Origin: Candidatus Poribacteria bacterium
GTDB taxonomy: Bacteria > Poribacteria > WGA-4E > PCPOR2b
Direction: 5' to 3'
Assembly: GCA_965207095.1 (NCBI GenBank)
Contig: OZ242270.1
Coordinates: 687,378-751,377, forward strand
Length of the DNA stretch: 64,000 nt
In this document: positions 9,664 to 17,307 of the stretch, piece after piece
Layout: every line of letters starts with the position of its first letter
Position numbering within the stretch: the first letter of the stretch is position 1
Program-made: the position numbers and the translations under genes
Notes under the pieces: model-generated
Seen by the model: only the letters and a program-made list of their open reading frames with translations
Database searches by the model: none
What the model was told of the DNA's origin: nothing

Positions 9664-12515
9664 ATGCGACTCCGGACAAAACTCTTACTTCTCGGTTTCC
9701 TCGTCCTACTGATTAACAGCGCGTACCTAATCAGCTTCGGGGAGCCGACCCTATTTTACATCGGGAACGTCCTACTTCATATCGTCCTCGGTGTTGCGCT
9801 GATTGTCCCGTTTATTGTCTATGTGTGCAAGCGTTTCGATGGCATGTCGATTATCGGCAAAGGCGGGGTGATTGCTCTCGGAGTCGGGGGGATTTCGGGC
9901 GTGTACCTGATGTTCGTCGGTGCTACAACGCCCAACCGCTGGCTGCTCATCGTGCATATCGTGGCGGTGACGCTCGGTACGATTCTACTTGTCGGACATC
10001 TGTTGATTTTGGCGAGACGAGCGGAGACCGAGCTTTCACGCAGAGCGGCGCAAGTCACCGGAATTGTCCTCCTCGTTAGCCTGCTGTTTCCCGTCGGGGC
10101 AAGGCTGATCCAACACTATCGACCCAACCCGGACTATCTGGTGAAAAACCCGCTCTCCCCACCGACCAGTATGTATGAGGAGGGCGGCGGCACCGATGGA
10201 CCATTCTTCCCCGCTTCCGTCGAGACCTATACCGGCGATCTGATCCCCACCGACTTCTTTCTGACCTCCCAAACCTGCGCCGAAAGTGGATGCCATCCGG
10301 ATATCTACAGGCAGTGGAACGAATCAGCGCATCACTTCGCCTCCTTTAACAATCAGTGGTATCGCAAGTCGATTATGTATATGCAGGATGTGAATGGGAT
10401 CCAACCGTCGAAATGGTGCGGTGGGTGCCACGATCCCGCAATCCTGCTGAACGGCGTGATGGATCGACCGATCCGGGAGAATATGCACACCCCCGCTGCC
10501 CAAGCGGGACTTGCGTGTACGGCGTGCCATTCGATGGAGAAGGTCAAAGATACGATGGGCAACAGCGGCTATGTTATCAAGTACCCGCCGCTGCATGAGA
10601 TGGCAGCCAGCGAAAACAGTGCAATCCGTAAACTCCACAATTACCTGATTCGACTGGATCCCGAACCCCATAAAAAGAGTTTCCTCAAGCCGTTCCACCG
10701 TCAGAATACCGCAGAGTTCTGTTCCACCTGTCACAAGGTGCATCTCGATGTGCCGGTCAACAATTTCCGATGGTTCCGTGGCTTTGACGACTACGATCAG
10801 TGGCAGATGAGCGGTGTTTCCCATCAGGGGGCATTGTCCTTCTACTACCCCGAAGAACCGAAGAAGTGTGTTGACTGTCACATGCCGTTGGTGCCCTCAA
10901 AAGACGCAGGGAATATCAATGGAAAGGTGCACAGCCACCGCTTTCCCGCGGCGAATACGGCGCTCCCGTTCGTGAACAAGCACGCCGACCAACTCAAGGT
11001 TACCACTCGATTTTCTTCAGGACAATCAGGTGAGCGTGGATATCTTCGCGCTGAGTCCTGCAACACCGATCCAACCCCAATCCCATGGTGCAGCTGGTAT
11101 CAGCACAGCCCCCGCCAGACCACAACTCCGTGCTTTCAGTATGATGGAGGGCGGAAGTCAGGGACACGCCGTGGGGACGGTAACGGACATAACGAAGCTG
11201 ATCGCTCCCATCGACAGGTCCAACGCGACGGTTCAGCGCGGCAAGGAGGTTCGAGTTGACCTTGTCGTTCGCACAAGGGGCGTGGGACACCGATTCCCCG
11301 CCGGCACAATTGACGCCTTCGATATCTGGTTGGAGTTGAAGGCGACGGACGAAAACGGAAAGGTGATCTTTCTGGAGCGGGCAGATTGAAGCGGAAGATG
11401 GAAACGGACCGGTTGATCCGGGGGCGCACTTTTACCGGGCGTATATGTTGGACGAACACGGAAACCTTATCAATAAGCGCAACGCTTGGGCGGCGCGGAC
11501 GGTCCTCTATACGAACACCATTCCGCCCGGCGCTGCGGATACCGTTCATTACCGGCTCCTGATCCCACCGGACTGTGGGGACGAGATTCAGCTGCACGCA
11601 AAGTTGAATTACCGCAAATTCAACTGGTGGCATACACAGTGGGCTTATGCGGGGGTGCGCGATCCGGAGGACACCGATTTTCAGGTGGATAAGGGTTATG
11701 ACAATGGACGTTGGATCTTCACAGGGGATACATCGGATGTCGCTGGGAAGATCAAAGCGATTCCTAACCTCCCAATTGTCGTCATGGCAGAGGATAGGGC
11801 AAGGTTGCGGGTGATAGATCAGGACGGGTCGAGCGAGCCGGTAACCGGTCAATCCAAGGAGAAGCCGAAATCGAATCACCGTGAGCGTTGGAATGACTAC
11901 GGGATTGGGCTACTCCTTCAGGGGGATCTCAAGGGTGCCGAAGCAGTGTTCCTGAGAGTTACGGAGATTGAGCCGGGCTATATGGACGGGTGGGTCAACG
12001 TCGCACGGTGTCGTATTGAGGAAGGGGATATGAGAGGGGCGGAGGAGATGCTTGACAAAGCGATGGCACTCCAGAAAGAACTGCCTCCCGGCAACCCGCA
12101 CCGAGCGAAGGTGCACTACTTTTATGCGCTCGTGCAAAAGGCTTACGGGAAATATGATGTCGCGCTCGAACACCTGCGGACTGCTGCCCTCCAATTTCCG
12201 CGGGATCGGCGGGTTCTGAATGAGATTGGTAGGCTGCTCTACCTGCAGCGGAAGTATGAGGAAGCATTGGCAGAATTTCAGAAAACGTTGGCGGTTGACC
12301 CGGAGGATCTGGATGCGCACTACAACATGATGTTGTGCTATCGTGCGCTCAAGAATGAGGTAATGGCAGCGAAGGCGCAGAAACTGTATCTGCGGTTCAA
12401 GGCGGATGAATCGGTTGACGCTATCACCGGGATCACCCGTCGCGCTGACCCGTATGCGAATATCGAGCGTCAGCGGATTCATGAACACACTTCCGGGTTG
12501 AGTGAACAGAAGTGA
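9664..12515 (+). pseudogene. Membrane-anchored multihaem c-type cytochrome with C-terminal TPR domain, read through three frames (two frameshifts at ~10980-11030 and ~11364)
   Basis: GGGAGAG RBS before the ATG at 9664. N-terminal TM helices. Four CxxCH haem motifs (CGGCH, CTACH, CSTCH, CVDCH) plus CAESGCH. Frame 2 (from 10976) and frame 0 (from 11367) each continue without a stop and read as one continuous protein ending in TPR repeats. Confidence 0.6.
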
Positions 12516-12560
12516 GTAATCTAACAAAATCTAACAGAATCTAACACTTTTGCAAAAATT
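12508..12560. repeat. Iteron-like repeat family G copy (3 x ~11-bp ATCTAACA(A/G)A units + TTTTGCAAAA palindrome)
   Basis: AATCTAACAAAATCTAACAGAATCTAACACTTTTGCAAAAATT. Direct copy at 12795-12838, inverted copy at 23102-23140. Confidence 0.55.
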
Positions 12561-12794
12561 GGGGGGTTAGTCATTTTGTTTACACATCACATGTCGCCCC
12601 GATGGGGCTAATGGTTGGGGGTTACCAACCTGCGTTGGGCGACGGGCGAGGGGACCTCGCCCCTACGATTACGGACAATTTTACATAAATGTCAACACGC
12701 CCTAGTCATTTTTCACATGTCGCCCCGCTGGGGCTATGGGAATACATTGAAGTGTTGGGTTTCACGATCACGGTTCAGACAAACTACGCGCTGT

Positions 12795-12838
12795 CAAAAC
12801 CTAACAGAATCTAACAAAATCTAACACTTTTTACAAAA
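12795..12838. repeat. Iteron-like repeat family G copy
   Basis: AACCTAACAGAATCTAACAAAATCTAACACTTTTTACAAAAATT. Confidence 0.55.
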
Positions 12839-12908
12839 ATTCTATAAAGTAGGTCGAGATTCATATCTCGACACCCAAATGTCGATTTTAGAAAATCGAC
12901 CTACAATA

Positions 12909-13024
12909 GGGCAACCACAAGTTTCTTAATCCCGATTTATCGGGGGGTTGCCTCCTACAGGAATCAATCAAATGTAGGGGCAGGTTTCTTAATCTCGATC
13001 TATCGGGGTCTTGTGCCTGCCCAT
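12909..13024. repeat. Structured intergenic repeat family D, copy 2 (with an internal partial duplication)
   Basis: CCACAAGTTTCTTAATCCCGATTTATCGGGGGGTTGCCTCCTACAGGAATCAA..ATGTAGGGGCAGG, with an extra TTTCTTAATCTCGATCTATCGGGG module inserted inside the GGCAGG/CCTGCC hairpin. Confidence 0.5.
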
Positions 13025-13113
13025 CTAGTTCTTCTTTTTTCTGCGGAGATTCGTGTTAATTCGTGGAGGTTTTAATACTTTTTATCCAAACCCAATAAAG
13101 GAGAGAATCAACA

Positions 13114-13941
13114 ATGGCTTACACACTTGAAGATGAATTTGGCGATATTATTGGCAAGGCGAGGCGTGGGAACGGTTTGAGCGTGGGCGACGTTGCTGCC
13201 CAAGCAGGACTTACGGAGGCGCAGGTGTCCCAGATGGAGGACTATACGCTGAAACCGACAGAGGATCAGGTCCGTAGCATCGCGGCGTGCCTCAATCTTA
13301 ACGGCGCACGGTTGGCGGACATTACGATGGAACGTTGGTCACCGGAACCGGTCCCTGCGGGATATGACGACGCTTTGGAGGTGGTCACCATCACAGCGGA
13401 TGTCGGCGGTTGGCCCGTCCATGCGTACCTATTGGTGTGCAAAGCGACGAATAAAGCTGCTATTATCGACACAGCAGCGCATCCGGACGATGTGCTGCAG
13501 AAGGTGGCGGAAACCGGCGTGGAGCCGTCCCTCATTCTACTGACGCACGCACACGGCGACCATGCGAACGGTCTGATGGATATTGAACGGGCGACGGGCT
13601 GCCCGACATATATCCACGCGCAGGAACCGCAGCCGCGCAGCACCCGACAACTTCGGCTCCTCAACCACGGGGATGAAGTGGCGGTCGGTAACCTTTCTGT
13701 GAAAACGCTCGACACACCGGGACACACGCCCGGCGGTTGCAGCTTCCATACCCGTTCCACAGTGATTGTCGGGGACGCGCTATTTGCGGGATCGGTCGGG
13801 GGTGCGAACATTTCGTATACTGATCTGTTGGCTGGAGTTCGGAATTACCTGCTTTCGCTGCCCGACGATACGAAACTCTTTCCCGGACACGGTCCCGCCA
13901 CGACCGTCGGCGAGGAAAAGGCGCATAACCCCTTCTTCTAA
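13114..13941 (+). CDS. Fusion protein: N-terminal XRE-type HTH domain + MBL-fold metallo-hydrolase (glyoxalase II-like)
   Basis: HTH region GLSVGDVAAQAGLTEAQVSQME. MBL motifs LTHAHGDHANG, TPGHTPGG, PGHGP. AGGAGAG RBS upstream. Confidence 0.7.
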   Translation: MAYTLEDEFGDIIGKARRGNGLSVGDVAAQAGLTEAQVSQMEDYTLKPTEDQVRSIAACLNLNGARLADITMERWSPEPVPAGYDDALEVVTITADVGGWPVHAYLLVCKATNKAAIIDTAAHPDDVLQKVAETGVEPSLILLTHAHGDHANGLMDIERATGCPTYIHAQEPQPRSTRQLRLLNHGDEVAVGNLSVKTLDTPGHTPGGCSFHTRSTVIVGDALFAGSVGGANISYTDLLAGVRNYLLSLPDDTKLFPGHGPATTVGEEKAHNPFF

Positions 13942-13998
13942 GGTTGGTATCCGATAGATAACTACTGATATAATAGAGGGGTGCTCATAATTATTGTA

Positions 13999-14157
13999 GG
14001 AGTTAAGCACTTCAGTAAGGAATAATGATCGTTGTTCCCTACGGACTCCTTATGGAGCCTCTACTGTAGTTGCCCGATTTATCGGGCGTTGGGAACGGTG
14101 CCCAGCGGCGATAAATCGCTGAACTACATGGATTTGAGCGTTCAGCTGCGTAAGTCC
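13999..14157. repeat. ~160-nt multi-hairpin structured element family B, copy 1
   Basis: Perfect or near-perfect nested palindromes (GGAATAATGATCGTTGTTCC; CCCGATTTATCGGG; GGCGATAAATCGC; CTGTAGTT..AACTACA). Second copy at 14326-14484. Confidence 0.55.
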
Positions 14158-14325
14158 TACATTCTCTGAATCAGGATTTACAGGATTTAAGGGTTAACAG
14201 GATAATATATCTCCAATCCCCCTATAAAGACATACAGATGTTCGGGGTCAGGGAGGTGAAAACAGGAAGCTTTTAGCCCCAGCGGGGCGACAGGTGTAAC
14301 TTGAGCTAAATCTTTCTTAAGGATA

Positions 14326-14484
14326 GGAGTTACGCACTTCAGTAGGGAACGCAGATCTGCGTTCCCTACGGACTCCTTGTGGAGCCTATGCTGTAGTTGC
14401 CTGATTCATCAGGCGTCGGAGATTGTGTCCTACGGCGATAAATCGCCGAACTACAGGGCTCGGGGCATCCAACTGCGTAACTCC
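14326..14484. repeat. ~160-nt multi-hairpin structured element family B, copy 2
   Basis: Closed by a 10-bp stem GGAGTTACGC...GCGTAACTCC. Internal hairpins GGGAACGCAGATCTGCGTTCCC, CCTGATTCATCAGG, GGCGATAAATCGCC. Outer stem CTGTAGTT/AACTACAG. Confidence 0.55.
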
Positions 14485-14518
14485 TAAAGGAACTAAAAAG
14501 AACAGTTGAGGTGATAAT

Positions 14519-16087
14519 TTGAGTACAATCCAAAGCGGTATTGAAAATCGCCTGTGGACGATAGCAGATGAGTTGAGAGCAAACTCACGGCTCCGGGCGT
14601 CTGAGTATTCAACGCCCGTGCTAGGGTTGATATTTTTACGGTATGCAGACCACAAATTCACGCAGGCGGAAGGGGAAATCCGCGAAACCGCATCCACCGG
14701 TAGCAGGCGCACGAGAATCTCAGATCAGAGCGCAGCATATCATGCCCGCGGTGCCTTCTACCTCCCAGAAAACGCGCGTTTCCAGTACCTGTTGAACCTA
14801 CCGGAGAGCGAGGATATTGCACGGGCTATCAACGACGCGATGCGGGCGATTGAGGAAGCAAACAACAGTCTTGATGGTGTTCTACCCAGGACCTACAACC
14901 GCCTTGAACGGAGTGTCCTCTTTGAACTGCTCCGCACCATGGCAGAAATTCCGATGGACATTGAGGGCGATGCGTTTGGTAAGATCTACGAGTATTTCCT
15001 TGGCAACTTTGCCATGGCGGAAGGGCAACGGGGCGGCGAGTTCTTCACTCCCACCTCTCTGGTGAAACTAATTGTTGAGATTATCCAGCCCTTTCAAGGA
15101 CGAATTCTGGACCCAGCGTGCGGTTCTGGCGGTATGTTCGTCCAGAGCGCCGAGTTTATCCATAACCACCAACAGAATGGGAACAATCGGATCAGCATTT
15201 ACGGAACGGAACGGGTTGCAGAAACAATTCGGCTCTGCAAAATGAACCTCGCCGTGCATGGACTGGAAGGCGACATCCGGCAAGCGAACAGCTACTACGA
15301 GGACCCGCATCGATGTGTGGATAGATTCGACTTCGTGATGGCAAATCCGCCGTTCAACGTGGATAGGGTGGACAGGGAACGGCTTAGGGATGACCCACGA
15401 TTTCCGTTCGGGATGCCCCGCGTGGATAACGCCAACTATCTCTGGATTCAGTTGTTTTACAGCGCCCTCAACGCCTCTGGTCGGGCAGGGTTTGTGATGG
15501 CAAACTCCGCCGCCGATGCCCGTGCCTCTGAATTGGAGATCCGCAGGCAGATTATCGAATCCCGTGCCGTTGATGTGATGGTGAGTATCTCCTCCAATTT
15601 CTTCTATACCGTCACGCTGCCCTGTACCCTCTGGTTCTTCGACAAGTCTAAAGGGGAGAGCGATCGAGCGGATAAGGTACTTTTCATTGATGCCCGCCAT
15701 ATCTACCAACAGGTAGATCGAGCACACCGAGAGTTCACACCCCAGCAGATTGAATTCCTGTCCAACATTGCGAGGCTGTATCGGGGCGAACTCCCTGAAA
15801 ACCAGCACGACAGCGCGGATATGATGGCAGCGAAATTCCCCGATGGCGTGTACCTTGATGTGCCCGGTCTTTGTAAGGTGGCAACAGTTGAGCAAATAGA
15901 AGCGCAGGGGTGGAGCCTCAATCCGGGACGGTATGTCGGGGTTGCAGAACGGGAAGAAGATGCGTTTGACTTCGCGGAACGGTTGGGAGAACTCAACGAG
16001 GAGTTAGAAGTCCTGAACGTTGAGGCACGTCAGTTGGAGGAACGGATTGGAGAGAATGTGGCGATGATTTTGGAAAACAGAGTATAA
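14519..16087 (+). CDS. hsdM: Type I restriction-modification system DNA methyltransferase subunit (N6-adenine)
   Basis: N-terminal HsdM_N-like region LWTIADELR...[13 protein letters not shown]. Catalytic NPPFN motif (ANPPFNV). AdoMet motif [10 protein letters not shown]. Confidence 0.9.
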   Translation: MSTIQSGIENRLWTIADELRANSRLRASEYSTPVLGLIFLRYADHKFTQAEGEIRETASTGSRRTRISDQSAAYHARGAFYLPENARFQYLLNLPESEDIARAINDAMRAIEEANNSLDGVLPRTYNRLERSVLFELLRTMAEIPMDIEGDAFGKIYEYFLGNFAMAEGQRGGEFFTPTSLVKLIVEIIQPFQGRILDPACGSGGMFVQSAEFIHNHQQNGNNRISIYGTERVAETIRLCKMNLAVHGLEGDIRQANSYYEDPHRCVDRFDFVMANPPFNVDRVDRERLRDDPRFPFGMPRVDNANYLWIQLFYSALNASGRAGFVMANSAADARASELEIRRQIIESRAVDVMVSISSNFFYTVTLPCTLWFFDKSKGESDRADKVLFIDARHIYQQVDRAHREFTPQQIEFLSNIARLYRGELPENQHDSADMMAAKFPDGVYLDVPGLCKVATVEQIEAQGWSLNPGRYVGVAEREEDAFDFAERLGELNEELEVLNVEARQLEERIGENVAMILENRV

Positions 16088-16409
16088 TAACCAATGGTAC
16101 TAGCTTGCAGCTGTTGATAAGCTGAAACGTGAAAATCATTGGTTCATTTAGCCCCAGCGGGGCGGCATGTTTATAGCAGGGGCGATCCCCCAAATCCCCA
16201 AGCCCCAGCGGGGCGATATGTGTATAGTATAAGGTGTCCGCAGATAAAATCGTCAAGTAGAATACAGAGAGCATTGTTTCTGCCATTAGGGAGGTTGCAT
16301 GAACATGGACGAAAAATAAGAGTTAATAGAAATCTACAAACTTCACGCAGAACTTGCTGACAGCGTCAGCAGACAACGAGGCACAACAAACCGTTTTTAT
16401 ATTTTACTC

Positions 16410-16757
16410 ATGTCAGGATTATCTGTGCTCTTCTGGGCACTATTACAACTCCGAAATGGAGTGCCGCTTGGCGACCTGATGATAGGTTTCGGGCTATTGG
16501 GCACATCACTCGCAGTCGCTTGGTACATCCACATCCGTTCCTACCGCCAGCTAAATTCGGGTAAATTTAAACCCCTACATGAGTTAGAGGAGAAGCTCGC
16601 TTACCCTTTTTTCAAGCGGGAATGGGAACTACTCGAAGAAGGAGAGAACCCGAACAAATATTGGAAGTTGACTGTTGTTGAAACCTTTGTTCCTATCATC
16701 TTTTTCCTTCTCTTTGCGGTGGTGTTGTTTATCGGGATTTACCTATTGCTGCGCTGA
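16410..16757 (+). CDS. Small membrane protein (3 predicted TM helices), unknown function; reading frame is open a further 90 nt upstream to an in-frame TAA at 16317
   Basis: Hydrophobic segments MSGLSVLFWALLQL, LMIGFGLLGTSLAVAWYIHI and FVPIIFFLLFAVVLFIGIYLLL. The upstream in-frame peptide ELIEIYKLHAELADSVSRQRGTTNRFYILL reads as a genuine amphipathic helix, preceded by ATG..TAA (MNMDEK*). Confidence 0.45.
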   Translation: MSGLSVLFWALLQLRNGVPLGDLMIGFGLLGTSLAVAWYIHIRSYRQLNSGKFKPLHELEEKLAYPFFKREWELLEEGENPNKYWKLTVVETFVPIIFFLLFAVVLFIGIYLLLR

Positions 16758-16760
16758 AAT

Positions 16761-16772
16761 TCCATTGTCTGA
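16761..16772. promoter_or_regulatory. Palindromic operator-like site GAATCAGGATTC (5-2-5 inverted repeat)
   Basis: Identical 12-mer at 17177-17188. Related GAATCAGGATTT at 14168, and an inverted variant at ~17266. All lie in intergenic spacers of the R-M locus. Confidence 0.25.
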
Positions 16773-16868
16773 ATCAGGATTCTCCCCGATAGATCCCCGA
16801 TATATCGGGACAGGCGGGACAGGCAGGATGGAAGGATTCTCAGGATAGCACATGAGAGCGGAGAGATT

Positions 16869-17150
16869 ATGCAAGAAAAAGATAGAAAACGAGATCCGAT
16901 GCCCCCTCCCGATGCAACCCCAGAGGAGATTGGCGAATTTTGGGATACCCACAGCCTATCCGATTATTGGGACGAAACCCACGAGGTGGATTTTCAGATC
17001 AATCTCAAACTGAAACACAATCTGGTCCCGGTGGAACGTGAGATTGCCGAGCAAATTAACGCACACGCAACAAAACAGGGCGTATCGGCTGAAAAATTGG
17101 TAAACCTCTGGCTTCGAGACAAATTAAAAGGGATTACCACAAGGCAATAA
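16869..17150 (+). CDS. CopG-family antitoxin-like protein (PF12441/BrnA-type partner of BrnT), orphan
   Basis: PEEIGEFWDTHSLSDYWDETHEVDFQI is the hallmark N-terminal motif of this antitoxin family. No DUF497/BrnT gene is nearby. Confidence 0.6.
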   Translation: MQEKDRKRDPMPPPDATPEEIGEFWDTHSLSDYWDETHEVDFQINLKLKHNLVPVEREIAEQINAHATKQGVSAEKLVNLWLRDKLKGITTRQ

Positions 17151-17176
17151 GCAAGGGAAGATGGTGCAAATTGTCA

Positions 17177-17188
17177 GAATCAGGATTC
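17177..17188. promoter_or_regulatory. Palindromic operator-like site GAATCAGGATTC, second copy, ~120 nt upstream of hsdS
   Basis: Exact repeat of the 16761 site within the 20-bp direct repeat TTGTC(T/A)GAATCAGGATTCTCC. Confidence 0.25.
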
Positions 17189-17307
17189 TCCAGATTGAAG
17201 AAGTTTCACGATAGTGGATGGCAGTGGATAGCATCAATCCTGTAAATCCTAAAATCCAGTAAATCCAGATTCAGACAGAGTGCAATGATGATTTTGGAGA
17301 AGACAGC

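Noticed and set aside
12580-12735. Possible mini-CRISPR array: two ~32-nt repeats (..TCATTTTTCACATGTCGCCCCGCTGGGGCTA..) separated by ~85 bp. Similar doublets occur at 16150/16200 and 61684/61734.
   Set aside because: Only two units per site. Spacer lengths (24 or ~85 nt) are outside the CRISPR range. No cas genes and no leader. The copies fit better as dispersed REP/BIME-like palindromes.
16299-16319. Alternative genetic code (stop-codon reassignment) suggested by the in-frame TAA before the membrane-protein ORF
   Set aside because: Long conserved genes (hsdM, hsdR, ftsI, glnA, murE/F) contain no in-frame TAA, TGA or TAG. The standard code fits, so this is a single nonsense change or a true start at 16410.
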